DNA of 64,000 nucleotides from Eledone cirrhosa (taxonomy: Eukaryota): contig OZ024740.1 in assembly GCA_964016885.1 (NCBI GenBank), positions 182,466,001 through 182,530,000 on the forward strand, read 5' to 3'. The notes under the pieces are model-generated. The model saw only the letters and a program-made list of their open reading frames with translations, searched no databases and had not been told where the DNA came from. A program made the position numbers and the translations under genes. Positions 52,426 to 64,000 of this stretch are shown one piece after another. Each line of letters opens with the position of its first letter. Position 1 is the stretch's first letter.

Positions 52426-54087
52426 ATACATACTACTGTACGTCTGTATACATATATGTATGTACGTATACATACTTACATTTATATATATATAGGGAGA
52501 GAGAGATTGGAGAGCAGAGGTTGGGGGAAGAACAGCATATAGATAAATTTGTATATCAAACATATGCAGAAGCACATTCCTATCTTATGTGGAGAGATAA
52601 GATTTATATTAAAAATAAAAGGCAACTTAATAAACCACAACATTATTACAAATCTATTTCAGCAAATGACTTCGTTTTAATGAAAGAAATGATTGAGATT
52701 CTGTAATTTCAACTACATGTCAAGCCATGATTCTTAGTGTATTAGGGGTGAATTCCTTAATAACACACTGAAATTAATGGTAACTGGAATTCAATGGTGA
52801 AAATTAATTTAAAATTTAAATGTGATCGTTAATAGAAATATTTTAGGAAATACATAAAAACATAAACATTCAATATATCTTCACAATTTAGAAAGGCAAC
52901 AGCAACAATATTGGCTTCAAGCAAATATTCCTTTGCTCTTTGAAAGCTGACTTTACATGTTATTATTATATAGTGATATAAACATTTAAAAGATCATTGA
53001 ATGCAAGAAAATGTTTCTAATACATAAACACTTCATACAGCATCATCATTCTAGTTATGCAAATATTTTTAGAGCTTTTATTATCATTATTATTTTACAT
53101 ATATTTTCTATGTTGGCATGAGTTTGAAAAACTGTTCTGGTCCAATTCAGTTCTTATTTGGAGTAACTGCCCACTTCAATGCATGGAGTGATCATATTTC
53201 ATTTGTTGCAATTTTTGGCATAGTTTCGATGAAAGCATGGCCAATCACTTAACAGAGTGTTCTGGGTGCATTTTATCACATCAATAGCACTAAAGTGATT
53301 GTTTTGTCTTTGAAAATACTAAAGATTCCTCTCTACCCTATAATGTATCTTTTTCAAATATTAACGACTTTACAGAGTGTACTGGGTACAGTTTATTATA
53401 TAGGGAGGTTGCCTTTACCTTAATTGGCAAAACCAGTGTAATCTCTGATTTATCGAGCCATAAGGGCCGGGGAATGTAGTTTTGAAGGGGAGGTAAATGA
53501 GTAGAGACTATGAATAAGAGTGCAATATTTAATCCTTAAAGATAATGTTGGTTCAATGAACATATTGAAGCTGCAAATTATTTTAGTCATTAATCTCTCA
53601 TCGTTTGATTAATAATCATTTATGATAAATCATCTTCTAATGATTTTAAAGGGTTCACTGTTTATCATAATATTAAAACTCCATTAATCAAAAATGTATT
53701 TTTTTCTAATAATCACTTTGTTTCTTAAAGTGATAGGATGTAGAATAACTAACTATTGATTTAAATGAAAATTCATATGGCACAAGAGTAAAATGGAATT
53801 TAACACCTGTCTAAAACAATAATTCGAACCATTTGTTTTTGTCAATTTTCAATTGTTTTAAGGCCTTACTTTTTCTTTTCCATGGATTCATAATCATTTT
53901 TCTATTTTAGCATCATGGATGGGCTATTCTATAATTTAAAAAAATATATATATTTGCATATTGTTCAAGCAATTGTGTAATTAATTTTCAGAGCTGGATA
54001 TTCTTATACCTGCGAATTGTTCAACTGTAAATTAGCAGTTCGAAGTAATAAATGATTATGCTAAAGTAATTTTAAATGTTACTTTAC

Positions 54088-54126
54088 CTTCCATGTCTCT
54101 TTCGTGATTTTTCGAATATAATCAAT
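54088..54126 (-). CDS. Candidate 39-nt internal host exon (IDYIRKITKETWK or LIIFEKSRKRHG)
   Basis: CTTCTCTTTCAG acceptor, AAG|GTAAAG donor, length a multiple of 3, two retained CpGs in AT-rich unique sequence. No partner exons were identified. Confidence 0.3.
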
Positions 54127-54949
54127 CTGAAAGAGAAGTGACAACAGTTTAGCTTGTCTTAGTAACACTTTATAATTGGCACATTGATTATCTTTATGTT
54201 TTGTTGTCTGCTTTTGATATTTTATATTTAGAATATTTCATAAGCAATCTTTTCCTCCTTAAGTAGAAGAAACTTGAATATGTGGGGAATTAGCAGTCAT
54301 TACAGTGTAGGACAAAATGCCTTGTAGTATTTGTTCTGATTCTGTGAACTTTAAGTTCAAATCTTTCCAAGGTCAACTTTCCTTTTGGGGATTGATAGAA
54401 TATGTACAGGTTCAAAGGGGTTAAAGATGTTTTCCATTATTTTTTTTAGAACTTTGTGGTTTGCGTTCAAATCCCACTATGGTCTACTTGGGTGGTATAT
54501 TAATCTATCGCATGATATAACATAACCAACATGTATTAGTTGTCTTTAACAAATCCACTTTCGTTTGAAAATTATTCCTCCTACTAATGACCAAAGCCAT
54601 GAAAATGTTATTTTTTAAATTCGTCTGGCCTTATTTCTAACTTGTGATCTTTCATGACTCCCGTGAAGAAAGCATTGGTACTTCATGCAAGAGTAAAAAC
54701 ATGTTGTATGAAATGGGTCTATTTTGCATAGTCAACTTGCATTCTTTTGGGGAACCTTTTTTAGTTTTTTGTCATTTGTATTGATTCTGAAACTCTGCAA
54801 GCCCATTTCATGTTCCATATCCTTCTTATATTTGTAAGACTATACAAGAACGGGTGAGTTCTGGTTGTGACTGGGTAGAAGCCTTTATTTACCACTTCTT
54901 CATCAGTTAACTTTCTCAACAATCTCATAGCTGAGACTGGTGGTGCTCT

Positions 54950-55700
54950 TTATATAACTGATTGAAATCTGCCATTGTGGCTTTACTACAGCAATCTACT
55001 TTCTCCTACTTTTTGTGCCTTTCTAGTTATTCAATGCAGATTGCCCTCATGCAGCTCTAAATGTTACAAGTGTAGGAGTTAGACTTTCTAATTTGCACCA
55101 CCATTTACAGCCCATTTGTCATTGTCTCCAGAATAAGATAAACAAATATATTGAGGTGGTCAGTGTCATAAGCAATTGTAAAACCATGATGTCATTCCTC
55201 ATTAGTTCTGTTATTACCATCTGCTCAGATTGCACTTTAAATGTGACAAGCTAGGAATCGATATCCCTGGCAATATTCATGACTTTCACCTTTGTATTGC
55301 ACTGGCCTATGCACCAAGGTGCAAGTATATAGCTGGACACCTCTCACAATATTTGTATCTTATGTTGCATTTCAACTTGAAACTTGAAGATCAAGCAGAC
55401 CATAATTAAGAACTTGTTCTGGTTGAGGGATAAATTGCTGAACCACAGGTTGAGTGGTACATTCTTTAGTTGAGCTCTGGAGGGAATACTGAGGAAGAGG
55501 TGTATTAAAAGTTTTTTAACTCAAACTTGCACCTGGTTTTGCAGAAAATGTCAAAATCGAAGGTAACATAATTCTGCTACAATTCCTTCTCTGAGTGAGC
55601 CCTGTTCATATTGAGAAACTCCCTATTTTCAGCAATGCTTTGTGAAACTGCTTCTATTCTCCTTCAGTAACATGTATATGTGCATACAAATCTCTCTGTT
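54950..55700 (-). mobile_element. Possible highly decayed Tx1-type ORF1 remnant
   Basis: The minus strand gives LAPWCIGQCNTKVKVMNI (~55325-55275), weakly similar to FFPTYMGKRTQKIKIQSI of the 10830 ORF1, and a broken Cys cluster near 55040-55070. Confidence 0.25.
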
Positions 55701-56099
55701 ACAGCTGCTGTTGTTGATGTTACTGTTGTTACTACAAAGCAATTTACCAAAGCCATACTTGACACTATTGGATTTTTATTGTTTGGAAAACGTTTTGTTA
55801 CTTTGATGATCTGTTAAACAGAGAGCATGGATCAGAACCACAAGAGTAACTAGAGTGAGATGTGCATGGACAAAGTTCTGGGAACTGAGTAGTTACTGAA
55901 AGTAAATGTGTATGCAGTATGTGTGAGAAGTGTTACAATTTAGGAGACTGAGACATGATTGATGAACATGGAGCAGTAGAGAAGGTGGCAAAATATAGAA
56001 ATGAGAATGGTCAGGTGGCTGAACGGAATATCAGTGAGAGAGAGAGAGATACAAAGAATTATAGAGGAAGGGGAAGACAAAGAATGACATAGCTACAGA

Positions 56100-56800
56100 T
56101 CATGGAGGAGGAAATGAAAGCCAGATATTTGGTGAGTAGAATGCATGTAGGTTTGGTTTATAATATTTACTGTGACCAATCTATCCAAGCCATTTCTATC
56201 GAGAATTTAAACCAGCATCATAGAAGAGTTGCCTCTGGTTTCCTTTGGTAGAAACGAAACAGAAAAGATTATATAAATAAAAGAAGGTACTTAACATGAT
56301 GGAGCACTAATCAGGAAGAGCAGCATCATCCACAAAGCAAAAGAAACACCATGTAATATATAGTGCATTCATTCAATAACCAAAAACAAACCTTCTGAAC
56401 TTCAATGTGCATAGATTTTTAGTTTGAGAATCAGTGCTGTACTAAAAATAATCCGATGGAAGTACCAATCAGGTGAAATGCATGACATAAAATGTTGCCT
56501 GATAAAAACAGGTCTCTAGTGAAGCATTTCTGATGATAGAAATTATAAAAAAAAAATAGGCAAAAAATAAAATCACCTTCAAGATATTGTTTCTTGCTGC
56601 CATATAAAACCCTGTGAAAGCAGATATCGCATGCAAGTGAGTGAGATGTTTCAATGTTGAGCTGGACTGCACAATCCTAAATCCTCTACAGAAGTATTGG
56701 TCATATTGATTACCTGCAATCGAATGTTACATTTTTTGCTGATCTATTTATTTCTTTGCTGCACTTTATCTGCAACTATAACTCTATGTTTGGTTTCATT
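56100..56800 (-). mobile_element. Possible highly decayed CR1/L2/Jockey-type RT remnant
   Basis: CFVDDAAL (YADD-like) at ~56318-56341, with weak AFDRV-like and NYRPI-like remnants upstream. Confidence 0.3.
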
Positions 56801-57162
56801 GACAAATATTCTTAAGTACTTATTCCCTGTGAGTTTGTACATATGTGTGTGTGTCTTCTAAATGATAAATACTAATGTGTGTGTGTCTTCTATATGATAA
56901 ATACTAATACTTCTGTCTCTCTACACTAATTCTGTTGAACAAGAACATTTGGCCATCTATGATTACAATAACTGATTCAGCTTTGCACATGTTGATAGAA
57001 TATATACAAACGTATGTACACCCATGCAAACATACACACACACACACACACACATACATACATATGTACACACCTAATCTTAAATTTTTACTGATACATT
57101 TGTTGCTATTTTCTCAATTCTACATGCATTTATTATATATATAAGTATATATATATATACTT

Positions 57163-57525
57163 AGATGGTGGATAGGTGCTACACCAGAATTTTGAGGATG
57201 GCTCTGAACATTACTCAGTATACACTGAGGATGAAGAACTCAGAGCTGTATGGGAGCCTCCCAAAAGTCAGCTTGATCGAGAATAGCACAGAGGAGACTG
57301 AGGTTAGCTGGACATGCTCACCAACATCCAGAATTGACACTGCACTCAGTGCTCCTGTCGGAGCCCCTGCATGGACATACTGGAAGAGGGAGACCGAGGT
57401 TGACATATGTTGATGCACTATGGACAGACACTTTTTTCTTGGATATGCAGGACATGGCAGAGATGATGAGGGACGGAGACCGCTGGAGAGAACTCGTCCA
57501 TGGATCTCGGTAATTTTACCGCCCT
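57163..57525 (+). mobile_element. RTE-group LINE 3' fragment (different family)
   Basis: MVDRCYTRILRMALNI..KNSELYGSLPKVS / RRLRLAGH..HPE..HGHTGRGRPRLTYVDAL. Confidence 0.75.
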
Positions 57526-57535
57526 ATATATATAT

Positions 57536-57866
57536 ATCATCATCATTTCATTTTACGTCCGCTTTTTCCCTGCTTGCAAGGGTCGGACGGGAACTGATTC
57601 TGGCTTGATTTCTACAGCTGGATGCTCTTCCTAACACCAACCTCATTTACAGTGAGTGCTGGGTGCTTTTTTGCCGTGGCACCTCCACGACCACTTTACA
57701 GTGGAATGATATGGACCCCAGTCCCTATCATCTCATTTCTACAGCTAAGTAAACTGGAGCAATGTGAAATAAAGTATCTTGCTCAAGGAAACAACACATC
57801 ACCCAGTCTGAGAATTGAACTCACAACCTTTCGATTGCAAGGCCAATGCTCTAACCACTAAGCCAT
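57536..57866 (-). mobile_element. SINE family B (CORE + RTE tail), full length
   Basis: Highly similar reverse complement of 25756-26100; intact head TGGCTTAGTGGTTAGAGCATTGGCCTTGCAATCGAAAGGTTGTGAGTTCAATTC. Confidence 0.92.
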
Positions 57867-57993
57867 ATACGATGTAGGAAATTATTTGTTTTAAGGAGTC
57901 TAAGACAATGCAAAATTGACTGTCAAATTTAGTTTAAATGAAGGCAATGAAGAAGTTTGTGTAGTTACCAGGTATTTATTTTTTTTTTTTAAA

Positions 57994-58170
57994 GAGTGGT
58001 GAATTGGCAGTATCAGTAGAGAGTCATACACCATGCTTTGCTGCATAGAGCTACGGCCCATTACGGTCTGAGTTCAAATCCTGCCGAGGTTAACTTTGCC
58101 TTTCATCCTTACAGAGTCAATAAAACAAAGCACCAGTAATGCTCGCCTTGTGCCAAAAGTAGAAACATTT
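57994..58170 (+). mobile_element. SINE family A
   Basis: GGTGAATTGGCAGTATCAGTAGAG...TCTGAGTTCAAATCC...GCCTTGTGCCAAAAGTAGAAAC. Confidence 0.85.
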
Positions 58171-58194
58171 ATTATTTTTTTAATCCCAAATATG

Positions 58195-59330
58195 TTGGTA
58201 GTTAAAATCTCTTCCTCAGTGTATGGGGAATTCTCAGAGAAAAATATTCCAGTCTTGTTACTTTGATATTTGTTCCAATTTTAAAATTCAAAAATTAATT
58301 TCAAGCATCGTGTTTTGGCGTTTGCAGTAATATCAATTGCCATACATAGAATCAAATTGCTTGTGTTAATTATTGGGTTTAGTTCACATTCTGTGCATCT
58401 GAATGTTACCTTTTATGTTAAGTATTGTGTGCTGAGTACCAAGCTGTTGTTGATTGGTAGATTGAGCTTTCATATAAGCAATGTTACCTTTATTCTCAAG
58501 TTTCCCACATTTCTCTCTCTGGTTTCATTACAGACTGTTATGTTTTTGTATTTGTCATTGTATATTTTGAATGAAGAAGCATGTGTGTTGAGGTGTTCTT
58601 TAATGCAGGTGTGGAGTGGTTGAGTTGTACTACCAATGTAGAACTCCTTGCATTTGCCACATTCAATGCCGTATATTATATGCATCCACTGGCTCATACC
58701 TTTATCTTAGATAAGAAGACAGTTGGTCAGCATGCATTGGTTGTCTATGTCACTGGGTCACCTTTTAGATAGTCATCTTCTCAGTGAAGGGCTAGAATGA
58801 GCTAACTGTATATCCATTCCTTCCTTGTGAATGGGACCATGGTTTGCTATGGTTATATTTTAGCTGAAATGCAGTAATTTCATGAAGCAGGTTTTGGAGG
58901 AGATCTTATGTCTATGGTGTCTTTGGTTGCCAAAACGATTCACTGTGGAAGTTGGACATCCATTCGTCTTCAATACCTCCATGAAACATGCAGTGTGAGT
59001 TTTCTGGTCCTCCGTCTTGCTGCATTTACTCTGGATTCAAGTAAGTTCATTTCTTATGTATCTGGTTTTAGCAAGAAAGGAGAGGGCTGGCCTATATTGC
59101 ACAAACAGATTTCTGCTGGCAGCTTTCCTATAGAAGTTGGTGGATATATATCACCTTCTTCTGTAATTCTAAGTTAAAAGCCCAGCAGGGACATGGAACC
59201 ATTGTTATCAGGGTGTTATACATTTTGATCTGAGAGTTCCCCACACTTTGAAGAAGGGACATTTAAGTCCTGAAATATTAGTATAGAAAACGAAACAACA
59301 ATAAATAAATAAATACATCTTCATTTAAAA
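58195..59330 (-). mobile_element. Penelope-like element: RT thumb + GIY-YIG endonuclease, 5'-truncated, with an inverted pseudo-LTR at ~59216-59330
   Basis: IIYGIECGKCKEFYIGSTTQPLHTCIKEHL (58470-58697); ISTNFYRKAASRNLFVQY..KTRYIRNEL..IQSKCS (~59150-59017). TCTGAGA.TTCCCCA.AC..TGA.GAAG occurs on minus at ~58210-58240 and on plus at ~59229-59256. Confidence 0.8.
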
Positions 59331-59433
59331 TAAATTTTACAGTTCATTTACCATTGTCTTTGCCTTCTTAAAACAAATCATTTTCCACATTATACACAAT
59401 ACACAAGGCTTCAAGCAAACTACAACATTCAAT

Positions 59434-59482
<49 letters not shown>

Positions 59483-59484
59483 AT

Positions 59485-59760
59485 ATCATCATCATCATCA
59501 TCATCATTGTTTAACGTCCATCTTCCATGCTAGCATGGTTTGGACAGTTTCGTCCTACTTGAGACAGGATTGGTCGGGAGACCATGTCCCACTCATACAG
59601 AACTGTTCCTGGCAGGTTTTCTATGGCTGGATGTCCTTCCTAACACTAACGAAATTGACAGTGTAGACTGAGAGCCTTTGTACCGTGTCTCCTACTTGAC
59701 CACTTTACAGTGTGGACTGGGTGCTTTTTGATGTGTCACCTACATGACTACTTTACATTA
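59485..59760 (-). mobile_element. RTE-tailed element with 48-bp units (similar decayed copies at 60165-60425 and 16103-16175)
   Basis: (CAT)n-TTTAACGTCCATCTTCCATGCTAGCATGG...GGCTGGATGTCCTTCCTAACAC...CCACTTTACAGTGTGGACTGGG. Confidence 0.8.
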
Positions 59761-61167
59761 AACAAACAATATATTAGAATGTCAAAAGAAAGAATACATT
59801 ATACTAAAAGGAGAACAGAACATTACAAAAATACAAGAACAATGAGAGAAATGGAAATATCATTCACCATAACCATCATCATTAACAGTAGCTTCTATTT
59901 TAGAAATATCTTAGCATTAAAAACACTGCATAAAAGCTAAGCCAATCAATACACAAAAGTATATTTCAATACTGTTACCAAACAACCTGAAACTGCCCCT
60001 GCTTCTTTTGTTATAAGGAGTTTCTATCTATCTATAAAAGTTCCATCTTAATTTTATGTAAGAATCTTTCTTTAAATTATGTTCCAAATAGCAACATAAT
60101 AACAAGAAAGATAGTTATTTTAAGATCCGTAGAAATTCTTGAATATTTTCTGTTGGAAGCCTAACTCATCATCAGCATCATCACCGTTTAAGGTTCATTT
60201 TTCCATGCTATCATGGGTTAAACAAATTGTCCTATTGTGAGAAATGCTGGGTCAGGTAACCATGTCTTTCTCATACAGAATTGATTTTCACTTGGTTTCT
60301 TACAGCTCAATGTCCTTCCTAATGCCAACCACATTTACAGTCTGTACTGGGCACTTTTTGTCGTGATACCTACACAACCACTTTGTAGTGTGGGCTGGCT
60401 GCTTTTAGTCATGACACCTACACACTCACCCACCCACCCCACACACACACACAGACACAGATATATAATATTACAAAACAATAAATTAATGGTGGTGGAT
60501 TGGCAGTATCAGTAGAGCATTGGACAGCAAGCTTTGCAGCACATAGTCATGGCCATTTAGCCATTTACTGTCTGTGTTCTAAACCTGCTGAAGGCAATTT
60601 TGCTTTTCATCCTCCTGTAGTCGATAAAATAAAGTACCAGTCAAGTACTGGGGTCAATATAATCAGATTTGAGGACACATAGAGTAGCACCTTGTATTCT
60701 ACTACTTGCACAGCCAAAACACTTAGGGGCATCCCACTAGATGACCATACTCTGTACTGTACTTATATTATCGATTGATAAAAAAGTCATATTTTTTATA
60801 CCATAAGCTGAAATTTAGAATTGAAGATATGGTTAATATTTCATAAAACAACACATTAATAATGTCCTTGTCATAAGACTGATAACAAGATATTTGTTTA
60901 AATGACTTTGCAGTAATATTTATTTCTAATTTAGACACAAGGCCAGCAAATTTGATGTTGGCTAGATTTGAACTCAGAATATAAAGAGCATTTTGCAGTA
61001 ATATGCAATGAAACATTTAACACGCTAAATGGGGTGGGGTTGAAAAGGGAATATATCTGTAGAAAGCTTGCCAAACTTAGCAAAATGGCAAGATATTGTT
61101 TGTTTAATGAAAAGTATATATATATAACTGAATGCTGGAGTTTGTTTGAAGCATTATGTATTGTGTA

Positions 61168-61356
61168 TAATTGTTTCTACTTTTGGCACAAGGCCATCAA
61201 TTACCCAGTACATTACTGGTACTTTATTTTATCGACCCCGTAATGATGAAAGGCAAAGTTAACCTCGGCGGGATTTGAACTCAGACCGCAAAGGGACGTA
61301 ACTATGCTGGAAAGCATGGCGTCCGACCCTCTACCTATACTGCCAATCCACCGCCC
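61168..61356 (-). mobile_element. SINE family A, full length with 7-bp target duplication
   Basis: Head GGGCGGTGGATTGGCAGTATAGGTAG (A-box-like), B box GAGTTCAAATCC; TTGTGTA at 61161-67 and 61357-63. Confidence 0.92.
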
Positions 61357-62506
61357 TTGTGTAATGGAACCTGAATGACATCTAATGAATACATAGGTGT
61401 GATAGCTATGATACCTATACTATTTTCATGAAAACATGGTATGTTTCTAATATTCATTTCTCTGAAATGGCTAGATCAGCGGTATACAAATTTCTAAAAT
61501 GCACAGAACCATATTAATGAATAGTCAATACCACCCTCATTTCAATAAAGCATTAAATAAAGCAAAAAGAGGGAATCTATTTACATAAAATAAAACTCGT
61601 GGAACTTTTTATTGTTATTATTATTATTATTACTATTTTTTTTTCAGTGCCTTATTTAGGAAACTCTGGGCTAAATATATATTAGATATGCAATATACTT
61701 CAGTATAGATTAATATCTAATACTCTAAAGCAAGCTCTTAAGTATTTGTGACAAGGCAATTTGTCTGATGTCTGAGTATACGTTTCAGAGAAAATATAAC
61801 ATTGGAATACAGCACAGAAATAAATGTTACAAAGAAAGGAAGTTTACATATACTAATGTTGAACTGCATAAAGATATCTGTACAAATAAACGCAAGGAAA
61901 GGAAGTGAATTGGCAGAGTCATAAGAGAGAAAAACAAAATGGCTTGCAGTATTTGATCCAGATCCCTGTTTCTCTGAGTGTAAATCCCACTGAGACCGAC
62001 TTTACCAGTCATTCATTTGGATTTGAGACAATATAATATCGGTCCAGGCAGTGGATGTGCAAACTTCTTAGAGCACTGGACAAGATGCCTAGTATGTGTT
62101 TCAAAGCTTTGTGATCTAAATTCAAATCCAATCTAGGCATACTTGGAAAATAGATTTAATCAACTGTCTAGTTTAACATCACCTGAACCTTGGGTATCTT
62201 GCACAGAGTCAACTCTTTTGCAAGCATTCGGGTCATTTTGGCTCCAGAAATGATCAGGGACACTTCCCTTCCATCAGATTAACTGTAAAAAATTAGAAAA
62301 AAATCTAACATGATCAGATTTTTGTTTACATGTTTACATATAGACCAAACTGAGATACATATTCAGAAAACTGTACTTGAAAATCTGCATGGTGCACTCT
62401 ATCATATAGTGTTTGGTTTATCGGAGCAAAATGCAAGCAGTCTAGTCTTGGTACACCAGGTTTTCTGTCTAATTGGCTTGGTTATAGCGGGATATCTTTT
62501 GAATAA

Positions 62507-62800
62507 CTAGCAGAAAAACCACCTGGGTGGTTTTCTGCTAGTATGTGTAGTGTGTATATTGATATTATACGCAAGTATATATACATGTAAATATGATACA
62601 TCAAATAAAATCGTAATTGACAATATAAACAGAAATTTAACGAAGGCGTTGTTACACTGTCTTATGTAATCAGTAACGTAATCCATGATACATTAAAAAA
62701 GACGATATTATATATAAACTGCATTAGGAGGAAATTAGTATGTTTATATAAGTGTTGCCACCGGAAGTGTTGACATCACACGCTCTCTCTTTCTATATAT
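62507..62800 (-). mobile_element. Non-autonomous Helitron or Helitron 3' end
   Basis: About 200 bp homologous to 32255-32450, including the CTAG-bounded terminal palindrome; the 5' boundary is uncertain. Confidence 0.65.
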
Positions 62801-62946
62801 ATGGTAGTTGAAGTGGTGGTGACAACGATATACCAGAAGTGCAACTTTGAAAAGAAGTCAATTTTAAATTATTTATTTTTACGAAATTATTTTTGTTTAC
62901 GAAATTTAGTAGATAAATTATGTAATATTCATTCATTATTTATTCT

Positions 62947-63128
62947 TGGCAGTATCGGTAGAGAGTCGGACGCCATGCTTTGACGCATAGAGTTACGACC
63001 CTTGCCATTCTGAGTTCAAATCCTGCCGAGGTTAACTTTGCCTTTCATCCTTACGGGGTCGATAAAATAAAGTACCAGTAATGCACTGGGGTAATTGCTG
63101 TCCTTGTGCTAAAATAGAAACAATTATT
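62947..63128 (+). mobile_element. SINE family A
   Basis: TTGGCAGTATCGGTAGAGAGTCGGACGCCATGC...GAGTTCAAATCC...GTCGATAAAATAAAGTACCAG. Confidence 0.88.
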
Positions 63129-63444
63129 TATTCAAAGTAATCCAACTTATTTTACTAACGGGTTAAAATAAATAAACCGTACGCAGTCCTGCAGACCTTC
63201 CTTTATTTTAGTTTAGATTGAATACATAATTATCTTCAGATACCTCAAGCTATCAGCATGCTGAAATAAGCAATGAAATGCTGATACATCGTAAGAAAGG
63301 TACTGAAAAAGATATTTTAAAAACAATATTTAAATCTAATGTATCACTTTTACAATTATCTAAGCAAACTATGGCATGAACATTTTGTTGTCCATACCAT
63401 AGTTATTGATATTTTACAATGCTTATGTGTGGAATATAGACACA

Positions 63445-63590
63445 GTATGACTGAATGAGTGAGAACTTGCTTCACAATTAGGTAATTCCACTATGTGGAA
63501 TCTTCAGCAAGTGTCTTTTAGTACAGCCTTAGGTCATCCCATATCTTGTGAGTGAAATTGAGTAGACAGAATCTATTTGGATGCCACACT
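63445..63590 (+). mobile_element. Degenerate SINE family C (also ~29280-29440, 36375-36560 and 43570-43720 on minus)
   Basis: GCAAGTGTCTTT.AGTACAGCC...CTTGTGAGTGAAATT..GTAGACAGAA core recurs in these copies. Confidence 0.55.
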
Positions 63591-64000
63591 AAATCTCCCT
63601 TAGAATTATGTTAAGTTAACAGTTGTCTGTGGTATACCCAATCATTTATACAGACATTTATTATATAAGCTATTCCCTTAAGCAAACAATTGAAATACTC
63701 ATTGAGAAAACCGGTGGAGGTCCATTTATTTATATGTGCAGAATGTCTGAGGGTACTTGTCCTATTTTTTAAGCTACTTTGAGAAATTAATGAAATTCTT
63801 GTAGCTAATAAACAGACATGAAATAAGAAGTAGAACTTATTTTATAATTCAAGCGAACTGGAGCATTCAAAATTAGGTCCCTTGTACAGGATTATTGGAA
63901 TAAGAACTTACAAATAGGTTTTACTCCTTTAATTCTATAATACTTTTCACTTCACTTTGTAAGTACTTGGGAGAATTGCTCAAGTGTATAGAAGGTCAAG

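Noticed and set aside
63240-63299. 60-nt plus-strand exon-like segment (TCTTCAG|...AAG|GTACTG)
   Set aside because: Weak donor, no recognisable peptide, no partner exons.

Overview
AT-rich, repeat-dense animal genomic DNA, probably intronic or intergenic. The tRNA-derived SINE families and (ATG)n-tailed RTE LINEs suggest an octopus or related coleoid cephalopod (inference from repeat content only). No host protein-coding gene could be assembled; one 39-nt exon candidate is noted. Nearly all long ORFs are transposon-derived: three young RTE-clade LINE copies (1-2043, 33550-35066, 49393-52425), a near full-length dead Tx1/L1-group LINE (~10462-16103), a Helitron split by one of the RTEs (32255-36125), and mariner, R4/Dong and Penelope remnants, among many SINEs and microsatellites. 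The main observation concerns the Tx1-like LINE. Its ORF2 has no ATG of its own, but a 5' leader mini-exon (ATG 10467, donor GG|GTAAGT at 10493) joins in frame to a strong acceptor (TTTTTCAG| ending 12489) directly before the endonuclease, which would place ORF1 inside a ~2-kb intron. Other observations: a C4HC3 PHD-like finger inserted in the RTE reverse transcriptase, SINE/LINE 3'-module mosaicism, Penelope hammerhead remnants and several fold-back palindromes. Boundaries of degenerate repeats are approximate and were read by eye.
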